A stretch of DNA of 53,530 nucleotides, taken from a virus. Its lineage: Duplodnaviria; Caudoviricetes. Under the pieces are notes generated by a model. It ran no database searches. It was not told the origin of the DNA and saw only the letters and a program-made list of their open reading frames with translations. The DNA lies in IMG/VR virus record IMGVR_UViG_3300035670_000278, positions 1-53,530 of that record; one strand, 5' to 3'. This document shows, one piece after another, positions 20,489 through 29,644 of the stretch (its first letter is position 1; every line of letters starts with the position of its first letter). Both the position numbers and the translations under genes were made by a program.

Positions 20489-21202
20489 ATGCCTAAAATT
20501 ACTTTTAGATATATAGATGATTTTAGTTTTAATGTGCATGAAAGACCTAAGCCAGCAAAGAATTTTGTTCCTGATTGGTTTAAAAATATATCTCCATACT
20601 TTAAAACACCAGGAAATATGGAAGGAAAGCTTATTGTTGAAAACTTTCATTCTAATGCTTCCGCAAAAAAGTGTACTCCAATGTTAGACGCAATGACTGC
20701 TGGGTATATTATTCCCTTGTGGACAGATGTTCAAGTAAGGCAAGTTAATGGGATGCCAGTAATTACTTGGAAGGTTCAACAAGACGTTTTTGAATTACAT
20801 GGACCAAATTCTCGTGAAGTTCCTGCTCCTCCTGGATATGATCCTATTGTTTTTAAATATATAAATAAGTTATGGATAAAAACAGAACCTGGATATTCTA
20901 TTTCTGTTTTGCCTCCAGCTGGACATTATGATCAGGCATTTCTTCAAATACCTGCCGTAATAGATACTGATTCAGAAGACTTAACTCCAACTCCATTTCC
21001 TATGTGGATCAAAAGTGGGTTCGAAGGAATCATAGAAAAAGGAACACCTTTAGCTCAAGTAATTCCATTTAAGCGTGAATCTTGGACACACGAAATTGAA
21101 GTTGCTGAAGAAAATGAATATTGGTATTCATTAAATAGGTGGAAGACACGGATCGGTCATCAGTATATAAGAAAATCTTGGTCCAGAAAGAAGTATGAAT
21201 AA
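20489..21202 (+). CDS. dUTPase-fold-like (DUF6065-like) protein, paralog 3
   Basis: PKPA...VPDWFK, KKCTPMLDAMTAGY, AVIDTD, GIIEKGTPLAQVIPFKR. Confidence 0.6.
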   Translation: MPKITFRYIDDFSFNVHERPKPAKNFVPDWFKNISPYFKTPGNMEGKLIVENFHSNASAKKCTPMLDAMTAGYIIPLWTDVQVRQVNGMPVITWKVQQDVFELHGPNSREVPAPPGYDPIVFKYINKLWIKTEPGYSISVLPPAGHYDQAFLQIPAVIDTDSEDLTPTPFPMWIKSGFEGIIEKGTPLAQVIPFKRESWTHEIEVAEENEYWYSLNRWKTRIGHQYIRKSWSRKKYE

Positions 21203-21903
21203 TGACTATAAATGTATATTGGTCTTGTATAGAAAGAGAGTGGATGAGGGCACAAGAACCTGAGCCAATACTGAATACTTTTTATAGAAGTAAACTTTTT
21301 GATAAAAATGATAGTGGGCTAGATATGCGTAGCTGTGGAGCATTCAATGATCATATGAACAATGTATTTGCTTTAAAATCTATGTATTCATATGAATTTT
21401 TCACATCAGATAATAAAGTACATTCGGATATGTATGACCAAGCCTTTTTTGATAGACATGTTGTTATAAAATCTTTACAAAAAAATTTATACTCTTTTAC
21501 ACAAGGTTACATATTTTTTACTGATGTACCGTCTTTAAAAGTAACTGTTAGCGAATATCCATATCTAGAAGACAATGAGGTTACTAAAAGGTGTATTTTA
21601 TTACCAGGCCAACTTGATATAGGTAAATGGTATAGAAGCTTAGATACAATGTTTTATTTAAAAAAAGATTATGATTCATTTAAGATATCAGAAGGTGATA
21701 TATATAGCTACTTAAGATTTCATACAGATGAAAAAATTAATTTTATTCAATATAGGCAAAATGACATATTGAATAAATATATGCTTGATTCAATAAATGC
21801 AAAATCAAATAAAACTACTGTATATAAAATAAATCAATATTATAAAATGTTTAAAACAAAAGATTTGATTTTAAAAGAAATAAAAAATAATATGTTGTCT
21901 TAA
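21202..21903 (+). CDS. Divergent dUTPase-fold-like protein, paralog 4
   Basis: Similar to 19738..20487 (VYWS, CGA, PG.LDIGKWYR, ISEGDIYSYLRF). Confidence 0.55.
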   Translation: MTINVYWSCIEREWMRAQEPEPILNTFYRSKLFDKNDSGLDMRSCGAFNDHMNNVFALKSMYSYEFFTSDNKVHSDMYDQAFFDRHVVIKSLQKNLYSFTQGYIFFTDVPSLKVTVSEYPYLEDNEVTKRCILLPGQLDIGKWYRSLDTMFYLKKDYDSFKISEGDIYSYLRFHTDEKINFIQYRQNDILNKYMLDSINAKSNKTTVYKINQYYKMFKTKDLILKEIKNNMLS

Positions 21904-22325
21904 TCTTTTGTGTATAGCCACATATCGTCTGGCTCAACCCAAACATCATTTGTTATAAAATTAACATTTAATTCTTTTAATCTTTTTTGAACTGCTGCTT
22001 GTGCACCCTTGCCATAATGTGTCTCAAATTCAAAATTTCTTTTTTTGTCTAGTACATTTTGTTGCCAATCAACATTTGGATTAGTGTAATCTTTATCAAA
22101 TCTTATTAGGTAAAATTCAGCATAGGGATCCCATGCTGCGTATACTCCGATATCCCACGGTTCTGTAATCATTTCCCAGACATTAACATCTTCAACTCTT
22201 AATTCTCTTTGATAATCCCAGTAATCTCTAGGGGGCAATATTAGCTTATCTGAATCCATCCAGTTTGGGTCAAAATACTCGCCCTCACCAGTTACTATTT
22301 GATATGTTGTACGAAATATTGGCAT
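21900..22325 (-). CDS. Hypothetical protein
   Basis: 141 aa, Trp/Asp-rich, coupled to the Gly-rich tip gene. Confidence 0.7.
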   Translation of the reverse strand: MPIFRTTYQIVTGEGEYFDPNWMDSDKLILPPRDYWDYQRELRVEDVNVWEMITEPWDIGVYAAWDPYAEFYLIRFDKDYTNPNVDWQQNVLDKKRNFEFETHYGKGAQAAVQKRLKELNVNFITNDVWVEPDDMWLYTKD

Positions 22326-22326
22326 A

Positions 22327-23271
22327 TTAAATTAGATATCTAATAACTACTTGGCCCTGCTGTCCAGCACTCTCTCTCGCTGTTGATCCATTACCATAAG
22401 AACCGTTATAGTAAGTTCCTTGAGGAGGAGCATTGTAAGATGCTTGTTGTAATGATGCATTAGCTACTGTTGATGCGGCATAAGAAGATCCTCCGCCACC
22501 GCCACCCATATCATTTGGCTCATAATATGATCCGCCAGATCCGCCATAATATCCTCCACCGCCACCGCCACCATGTGGCTCTGGGTGTCCTCCAGTTAAT
22601 TGTCCTGGTGAAAACCATCCTCCAGAGCTATAATCTCCAGCACTTGGCAATTGAATGCCAGATTGTGTGCCACCCCTACCGTGCCTATTTCCACTATAAG
22701 AAGTACCATCCTGACCAGTACTTCCACCTCCACCACCTCCACGGTTAACTCCTTGACCTGATGCACGAGATGTTCCACCACCACCGCCACCACCTGCAAT
22801 TAATATTGCATTAGAAAATGAATAACTATTTTCAAAAATACCAGACAATCCTCCTCCGCCGCCATTGCCCCAAGAAGTTCCTCCAGCTCCGCCACCCTCA
22901 TTAAGAGTTCCTCCGCTAGCATGTGCTCCACCTTGTCCAACTTTTACTATATAAGAAGAAGATGCTGCATTAATTACTCCATATGTATATCCCCCGCCAC
23001 CGCCATAGCTCCATCCGCTGCTATTGCCCCAGTTGTCACTTCCTGATGCTCCACCTGCACCGTAAGCAAAGACTTCTATATTTAAATTTAAGTTTCCTAA
23101 ATTACCTTTGCTAAAAGTATTATTACCAACTGTTGTAAATGTATGAATTCTGTAACCGCCAGCAGTCGTTACCGATCCGCCAGTTAGTGTTGATAGCATA
23201 TCTATATTAACCCTTGGCTTTAATTTTCCTTGTGCGCCAAAAGTACCTCTGATGCTGCTAATAAATGGCAT
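22327..23271 (-). CDS. Glycine-rich fibre tip protein (module copy B)
   Basis: GYRIHTFT..G, GAGG..., AGGGGGG runs, G.VVIRY C-terminus. Confidence 0.7.
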   Translation of the reverse strand: MPFISSIRGTFGAQGKLKPRVNIDMLSTLTGGSVTTAGGYRIHTFTTVGNNTFSKGNLGNLNLNIEVFAYGAGGASGSDNWGNSSGWSYGGGGGYTYGVINAASSSYIVKVGQGGAHASGGTLNEGGGAGGTSWGNGGGGGLSGIFENSYSFSNAILIAGGGGGGGTSRASGQGVNRGGGGGGSTGQDGTSYSGNRHGRGGTQSGIQLPSAGDYSSGGWFSPGQLTGGHPEPHGGGGGGGYYGGSGGSYYEPNDMGGGGGGSSYAASTVANASLQQASYNAPPQGTYYNGSYGNGSTARESAGQQGQVVIRYLI

Positions 23272-23282
23272 TTATTTCTCCT

Positions 23283-25691
23283 TTAGAAATTTAAATTAAA
23301 TGAACCTAGTACTAACCATACATTTGCTGATGTTCTTAGCAGAGTAAATGTAAATATATCAAGCTTTCCTGCTCCCGAAGTTCCTATTGGGGTTGCTCCG
23401 CCAGCCCATTTAATTGTTTGATTAGTTCCTGCAATTTGTAATGTTGTCGGTGCATATCCTGTAGAACCTTGAGTTACAATAACGTTAATTGTCATTGCTT
23501 TTGCTGAATCATCAGGAATATTTGTAACATTAAGTGTCATGTTAGCTGTTGGAGCGGTTCCAATATAATAAATATTTCCTGCCGTCCAATCAAGTGTTCC
23601 AACATTTGAAGCAAGGGTTACATCTACGATTTGCTCACGCATTTCTTGTATATCAACTGTACCGCTAAGTGTAACTGTTCCAGATGCTGTTAAGCCTCCT
23701 GGAGCCTGTAGCAATCCAGAGAATGTGCCAGTTGCTGCATCAAGATTGTTTAATTTAACATCAGCATAGGTTAGACCTGTTCCGCTAAAATCAACAATTC
23801 CATTTGCAGGAGCATCATTTGCACCAGTATAAACCTTAATAACTCCATCTGATGCATCTCTAACCAAACCAGCATATCTACGATTTCCAGTTACTTGAGC
23901 TGAACCATTTGCTGAAGCTGAAGCAACATTTGCATTTGTTTTATCATATGTAAATGTTGTTGAATTTACGCTTCTAATTACATGTGTTCCATTATATGTT
24001 GCATTTATACCAGTAACAACTACTGTATCTCCAACCAAGAATCCGTGTGCTGCAGATGTTGTTAATGTAACAACATTGTCTGTTAGTTGTGTATTACTTA
24101 CGGTAAATACGCTTGAAAGATTTGCTGCAGAATATTCTCCAACTACTCCAAAGTCTAGTGAGTCTCCTGTATTATCCTTAGCTACACGAATAATTGGATC
24201 ATTAACTGTTAGTGTTGTAGTAGTAAGAGTTGTTCCTGATCCGCCGAAAATAATATCTCCAGCGATATTAACATCTCCTTGAATACCAACGCCACCGACA
24301 ACTGTTAATGCACCTGTAGTTGGTGATGTTGAAGGTGTTGCAATTTCAATATGAACGTTTACATTTGGTGTAATCGACATTTGCTCAAGGCCAGACTCAA
24401 AACCGCCTGCCGCAAATATGATCTTGTTTTCAGATCCATTTGCACCTGTTGCTAAAACTAAATTACCAGCACCAGATGTTCCTACTGGAGCCTCCATAAA
24501 GATATATCCATCATTTGGCCCTGTAATTCCAAACTCTTCTTGAACGAAGGCAGAACCAGTAATACCCATGTCAATCCAACCTGCAGCATCTACTCCATTG
24601 CTTGCATAAGCAATATAGTCTGTGGATGAATTTGTTGAAGCATTATGAATTGCAATTTGAGCATATGGACTACCATTTAGCTCAAATACTGCAGCAGCAT
24701 TTGTTAAATCTGCGTTTGTATTAAATGCTTTTGCGCCAGTACCGAAGAAAATTTCATCATAGATTTCAATTCCTTCATCTGGAGTAAAGATCATTTGCTG
24801 GCTACCACTTTGTAGTCCGCCTGAAGCAATAATGATATCATTTGACAAACCAGTAGAATCTGTTGCAAGAACTAGGTTTCCGTCACCAGTAAACTTGTTG
24901 ATTTGTGAGTTAATAACAGGCGTAAGAGGTACGTTTCCACCAGTATATCCAGCAGGAGTTGTAACTACAATCTGAGTAGATGTAGGGGCGGAAGCAACTG
25001 TATATCGTCCTTCTAATGTAGGCTCTACTGGAAGAATAAGGTCAAATATAACTCCAGCAATTACTTGATGTGGTGTTGAAGTAATAAGATTTAGACTTGT
25101 TCCAGCAACGCTGTATTCATCTATAGATACAACGCCAGCAATTGCGCCTGACATGAAGATATATCCATCGCCAGGTCCTGTTAGTGAAAATGTTGGGTCA
25201 TTGAAGGTTTGATTTGTAATACCCATATCAATCCATCCAGACTCATTTGTACCATTTGAAGCATATGCAATAAAATCGGCAGAAGAAGATGTACCAGAAC
25301 CAGTATTTACAAGAGCAGTTTGTACGAAGGATGTTGAACTACCTTCAATACCAAGAGCAACATCTGTTAGTTGACCAGCAGCAATGAATGTTGTGATGTC
25401 TTGACCAATTAAGAATGTATCGAATGAGTCAGACCAAAATGTTAGTGTACCATCGGTCTTAAGGACTTTTCCTGCCTGCCCTTCAGTTGGAGGAATTTCA
25501 GATCCTTCAACCATGCGTGACCAATATGTGGTGTTTGTAATTAGAGTGTCTGCTGCGGGTATCTGATTAATGTATACCCAAACAATATTATTGTAACGAA
25601 CTACGTCATTGAGTTCATATGTGTTTGCCTGTACCCAATCGCCTTTCCAAATGAAGCGAAGGTTGCCGAGGTCAATTAGTTGTGTTGCCAT
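23283..25691 (-). CDS. Tail fibre-like protein (module copy B)
   Basis: 802 aa paralog of 16056..18254 with an extra ~70-aa beta domain (TLTTSAAHGFLVGDTVVVTG...YNGTH). Confidence 0.72.
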   Translation of the reverse strand: MATQLIDLGNLRFIWKGDWVQANTYELNDVVRYNNIVWVYINQIPAADTLITNTTYWSRMVEGSEIPPTEGQAGKVLKTDGTLTFWSDSFDTFLIGQDITTFIAAGQLTDVALGIEGSSTSFVQTALVNTGSGTSSSADFIAYASNGTNESGWIDMGITNQTFNDPTFSLTGPGDGYIFMSGAIAGVVSIDEYSVAGTSLNLITSTPHQVIAGVIFDLILPVEPTLEGRYTVASAPTSTQIVVTTPAGYTGGNVPLTPVINSQINKFTGDGNLVLATDSTGLSNDIIIASGGLQSGSQQMIFTPDEGIEIYDEIFFGTGAKAFNTNADLTNAAAVFELNGSPYAQIAIHNASTNSSTDYIAYASNGVDAAGWIDMGITGSAFVQEEFGITGPNDGYIFMEAPVGTSGAGNLVLATGANGSENKIIFAAGGFESGLEQMSITPNVNVHIEIATPSTSPTTGALTVVGGVGIQGDVNIAGDIIFGGSGTTLTTTTLTVNDPIIRVAKDNTGDSLDFGVVGEYSAANLSSVFTVSNTQLTDNVVTLTTSAAHGFLVGDTVVVTGINATYNGTHVIRSVNSTTFTYDKTNANVASASANGSAQVTGNRRYAGLVRDASDGVIKVYTGANDAPANGIVDFSGTGLTYADVKLNNLDAATGTFSGLLQAPGGLTASGTVTLSGTVDIQEMREQIVDVTLASNVGTLDWTAGNIYYIGTAPTANMTLNVTNIPDDSAKAMTINVIVTQGSTGYAPTTLQIAGTNQTIKWAGGATPIGTSGAGKLDIFTFTLLRTSANVWLVLGSFNLNF

Positions 25692-25694
25692 TTG

Positions 25695-26057
25695 CTATGC
25701 TCCTGCCTGTACTAGTAAGTGTGATGGATTATTCTCATCCCACTCAAATGTGAGTGGTACTGCCGTGAATATCCATTCCTTGTATTCGTCATTTTTACGA
25801 ACTCGAATACCGTTCGAATATATACTACTTTGTGGAAGTGCTATTTTTGATCCATCATCTACTACTTGAAGGTATAGTCTTCCCAAATCATTGCTTGTTT
25901 TGAAGCCATAGAAGACTCCAATATCTGTTGCTGAACCGCCGCCGCCTGATTGTCCTGCTACTGAATCCCAAGTTGTACCGTTCCAGGTCCATGTTCTGTC
26001 GTCGGTAGCGAAAAGCTGTCCTACGACGGGATTAGTGGGAAAATCTAATGCTGGCAT
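25695..26057 (-). CDS. Small fibre adaptor protein (module copy B)
   Basis: Paralog of 18254..18565 (FYGFK, DG...LP, Y.EW.FT...L.FEW). Confidence 0.6.
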   Translation of the reverse strand: MPALDFPTNPVVGQLFATDDRTWTWNGTTWDSVAGQSGGGGSATDIGVFYGFKTSNDLGRLYLQVVDDGSKIALPQSSIYSNGIRVRKNDEYKEWIFTAVPLTFEWDENNPSHLLVQAGA

Positions 26058-26143
26058 AGTCTAAAGTATAGCATGGGATACATTAAAATAGCTATATTCA
26101 TTTATTAATGCTAATTTATATATATTCATGCTTATCCTCCTTT

Positions 26144-27745
26144 TTAAATTGTAATTGTTCCAGTTCCTGCTGTAAATCTATAAACACGATATCCTGCACG
26201 AGTTGGCTGATCATAAGTTAATCCAGCAGATATGCTTAATACTGGATAAATATCTGGATATGCAATAATTACAACTCCTCCAGCTCCATTTCCACCTTTA
26301 GAAAATACGCTAGTATCATTAGATCCAGAACCAGCTCCACCGCCTCCTGAACCATAAGCAGTTGCTACAGCATTGCCTCCTGGAGAGTTTGCTTGCTTGG
26401 TTCCACCATTTCCACCTACTCCAGAACCACCAGATCCACTCCAAGAATATCCGCTTTCAGATGAACTACCTTTTCCTCCGCCACCGCCTGCTGCGTAAAC
26501 TATAGAGCTGCCAGTTATGCTAGATGTAAAACCAGACCCTCCCTGAGAACCTCTTCCTCCAACTATTCCTGCTGCGGATTGTCCTCCTCCGCCACCGCCA
26601 TCACCATCACCAGATTGATAATTTCCTCCAGCATTTCCTTGCCCTGATATTCCAGTACCAGCAGTAGCATAATTTGACGAAGCATCAGGACGTACGCCAC
26701 CGCCGCCTGAACCTCCAGAACCAGCTACAGATGCATTTGTTGAGACGCTAGAATTTCCTGATCCACCACGGCCACCTCCTGTTGCTGTAAATAATCCAAA
26801 TGTAGAATTTCCTCCATTAGATGCATATCCACCACTTGTATTTGATGTAGCTGTTGAAACTCCTGCCGATCCTACAGAAATTGTAGTATTATTTAAAAAT
26901 GTATTATAACTGCTGGAATATAGTACTCCTCCCGCACCTCCACCGCCGCCTGCTGCATTATATCCTCCACCCTGGAAATAGTCTCCTCCTGCACCTCCTC
27001 CGCCAACAACCAAGTATTCAACTGGTAACACATACTGTGACGTTATACTAAAAGTTCTAGAAGTTACAGAATTTAATCCGTCTGATGCGTTTACTGTAAA
27101 TGTGTATGTTGTAGTTGCAGATATATCTGGTAGTGTTCCAGAAATTACTCCTGTTGAAGAATTAAGTGTTAGTCCAGAAGGCAAAGAAGAGCCACTTGCT
27201 AAAGAATATGTAATGCTATTATTTTCTTCATCTGTTGCTAGTACTGATACAGATATTGAGGTTTGTTCTTGAAAAGAACCCAAACTTCCTGCCGCTGTTT
27301 GCCAAACTGGTCTATCGTTTACAGTTAATATATCATAATAAACTCCATACAAATTAGATGGATTTGTAACACGAACATCATAGGGCTCTTTATCTCCTGC
27401 AATTGGGCCAAAAACAGCAGTAAGTGAAGTTAAATTATTTACAGTAACAGAAGAAGCATTGTACTCAGTTCCATCACTTCCTATTAAAGAAACTGTTGCT
27501 CCTGAAGCAAAGTTTGTTCCTGTAATTGTAATTGTTCCGCCAGATGTTTCATATAATGTTCCCGTATATCCAGATACTCCTGGTGTTTCAGCAACAATAT
27601 TTTGCCAACCATAAGTTGCGCCAGTATAAAGTTCTAGTCTTTGTAATTCGCCATTAAAATATGGCTGACCTGTAGATGGAGATGCAGGGCGACCAGAAGT
27701 ATTACCGAAGGGTATTCCTGAATTTGATGACTTTCTAATAGCCAT
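26144..27745 (-). CDS. Virion protein: IPT/Ig-like domains plus glycine-rich C-terminus
   Basis: TITITGTNF.SGA.V, LPSGLTLNSSTGVISGT (putative Ig domain), Gly-rich tail; N-terminus paralogous to 28199..29644. Confidence 0.7.
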   Translation of the reverse strand: MAIRKSSNSGIPFGNTSGRPASPSTGQPYFNGELQRLELYTGATYGWQNIVAETPGVSGYTGTLYETSGGTITITGTNFASGATVSLIGSDGTEYNASSVTVNNLTSLTAVFGPIAGDKEPYDVRVTNPSNLYGVYYDILTVNDRPVWQTAAGSLGSFQEQTSISVSVLATDEENNSITYSLASGSSLPSGLTLNSSTGVISGTLPDISATTTYTFTVNASDGLNSVTSRTFSITSQYVLPVEYLVVGGGGAGGDYFQGGGYNAAGGGGGAGGVLYSSSYNTFLNNTTISVGSAGVSTATSNTSGGYASNGGNSTFGLFTATGGGRGGSGNSSVSTNASVAGSGGSGGGGVRPDASSNYATAGTGISGQGNAGGNYQSGDGDGGGGGGQSAAGIVGGRGSQGGSGFTSSITGSSIVYAAGGGGGKGSSSESGYSWSGSGGSGVGGNGGTKQANSPGGNAVATAYGSGGGGAGSGSNDTSVFSKGGNGAGGVVIIAYPDIYPVLSISAGLTYDQPTRAGYRVYRFTAGTGTITI

Positions 27746-28149
27746 TATTCAAACCTCCAACCTAAAGTTGTACCTGTGTAAACAAATATTGATATTGATT
27801 GATCTACGTCTATTATAGCATTTTCTGTTTGTCCATTAATCTTATTGCCGTTTCTATCTATTGTGATATTATTTGTTGCCGCCGTCCCAGAAGCATCAAA
27901 AATTATAACTTCTTGTCCTAATGTTGGACTTTCTGGAAGCGTTAATGTTATTGCTGTTGCTGTATCAACAAAATACCTGCGTCCCGCCACCAATGTTGTA
28001 TTTGCAGAGATTGCAAGGTTTACTTCTTGTTTATATGAGGCAAGGGCGGAATTAAGAGCAGTAGTATCTACATAATCTGAAGGTAGGGCTGCTTGAACTC
28101 CAACATCTACCCATTCTGTTCCGCTCCATACTTTAATACGCTTAGCCAT
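27745..28149 (-). CDS. Small fibre adaptor protein
   Basis: C-terminal GRRYFV...TLTLP.SP.LG...DASG.A.TNNIT.DRNG.KING...YTG.T.GW domain, also at the end of 29644..31953. Confidence 0.62.
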   Translation of the reverse strand: MAKRIKVWSGTEWVDVGVQAALPSDYVDTTALNSALASYKQEVNLAISANTTLVAGRRYFVDTATAITLTLPESPTLGQEVIIFDASGTAATNNITIDRNGNKINGQTENAIIDVDQSISIFVYTGTTLGWRFE

Positions 28150-28196
28150 TATTTGTTGCCCCCATTTTTATTTGCTATATCTCTGGCTTTAGACAT
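28149..28196 (-). pseudogene. 15-aa remnant ORF MSKARDIANKNGGNK
   Basis: Fills the intergenic gap; its TAA overlaps the next ATG; the start resembles the MSKARDIA N-terminus of phage fibre proteins. Confidence 0.4.
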
Positions 28197-28198
28197 CT

Positions 28199-29644
28199 TT
28201 AGCTAATCCCATACTTTGCCTTGCCGTAAGCAATAACTCTGGCAACCTCGGCATCCGTCAAATATCTATCAAATACCATCCACTCTGCAATATATCCATA
28301 TGGATACGATGTACCGCTATCATCTCTCCATTGAGTCCACAGATAACTTGGACCATCTGTGTAATACTGAGTTCCGCTAACATCTGCAATTGTTCCAGTT
28401 TCTGACTGTGACTTTGTATTCCACTTAAAGTTTCTAGCATCAGTATCGTTTCTTAAAACATAAATATCTTTTGATCCAATCGCTGCAGATATAGTCATTA
28501 GGGTGTCATTGCTATACCACACGTTTCTAGCAACAGAGCCATTTGATGCAATAGCTCTTGTTTTATTTGACCCATTATTTCCAAAGTTAAGGCCGATATG
28601 ATACGAGCTACTGTTGGCGTTTCCGCTTGGGCTATTTACTTCTCCAATTAATATCATTGTTGATGGCTGTAGTCCAACAACTGGAATGTTAGCAGTAGAT
28701 CTCCAGGCTTTACCGCCTCTTTGATCAAATGCTTTTCCAGAACCCCATTCGACAACTGGTACTGATTGCGAAGAAGCGTCATATGTTGGTCCTGCTCCTC
28801 CACCAGTTCTTCCTACATAAGTTCCACCAATCGAACCAGCAATTGGTGTGAGTGCTGAATAAGATGATCCAACTGTTAAAGATTCAGCAGAAGCTTGAGT
28901 TAATAGGCCATTAGAAGTAATATCGCTAATATCAAGTGCTCCTAAGACTGTTATGCTAAATGATCTAGAACTAAAATCGTTTCCATCAGAGGCTATTACA
29001 GTAAATGTATAAGTAGTTGTGTTGTTAATAATAGGGGTTGTTCCAGTAATTGAACCAGTTGATGAATTTAGAGATAATCCAGTAGGTAGTGCTCCAGATG
29101 TAATTGTGTATGTAAGATTTGCTGACTCTTGGTCTTCTGCAACTAAATTAATATTTGCAGTATCGCCAGTATAAAAAGAACCTACTGAACCAGAAGATGT
29201 AGTCCAGACTGGAGTATTATTTATATATAAAGCTCCTGGCAAAAATCCAAACAAGTTAGATGTATTTGTTACTTTAATATCATATGGTTCATAATCTGGA
29301 GATAAATTATCAAATACAGCTGTTACAGAAACAATAGAATTTACTGTAGTTGTTGTTGCAGTTATTTCAACATCATTTGTTCCTACGGCTGAGGCAATAG
29401 CGCCAGAAGTAAAATTAGTTCCAGTTATTTCTATGGTGCCAGAGCCAGCAGATTGATTATATATGCCAGAAATAGAGACTACTCCTGGGGTTTCTGAGAC
29501 AATATTTTGCCAACCAGATGGTGTATAAAGCTCTAATCTTCTTTCTTCGCCGTTAAAATAAGGCTGACCAACAGAACCAGTAGGACGATTAGCTGAATTA
29601 CCAAAAGGGATTCCTCCTAAAGCCGATGTTCTAATATCAGTCAT
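28199..29644 (-). CDS. Virion protein: Ig-like domains plus LamG/lectin-like C-terminus
   Basis: Start set to ATG 29644 (TAATG overlap); LPTGLSLNSSTGSITGT; C-terminal GYIAEWMVFDRYLTDAEV...KYGI LamG-type ending. Confidence 0.68.
   Translation of the reverse strand: MTDIRTSALGGIPFGNSANRPTGSVGQPYFNGEERRLELYTPSGWQNIVSETPGVVSISGIYNQSAGSGTIEITGTNFTSGAIASAVGTNDVEITATTTTVNSIVSVTAVFDNLSPDYEPYDIKVTNTSNLFGFLPGALYINNTPVWTTSSGSVGSFYTGDTANINLVAEDQESANLTYTITSGALPTGLSLNSSTGSITGTTPIINNTTTYTFTVIASDGNDFSSRSFSITVLGALDISDITSNGLLTQASAESLTVGSSYSALTPIAGSIGGTYVGRTGGGAGPTYDASSQSVPVVEWGSGKAFDQRGGKAWRSTANIPVVGLQPSTMILIGEVNSPSGNANSSSYHIGLNFGNNGSNKTRAIASNGSVARNVWYSNDTLMTISAAIGSKDIYVLRNDTDARNFKWNTKSQSETGTIADVSGTQYYTDGPSYLWTQWRDDSGTSYPYGYIAEWMVFDRYLTDAEVARVIAYGKAKYGIS

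Noticed and set aside
19032-21903. Invertible (shufflon-like) segment
   Set aside because: No flanking inverted repeats or recombinase seen; the cassette has its own promoter.
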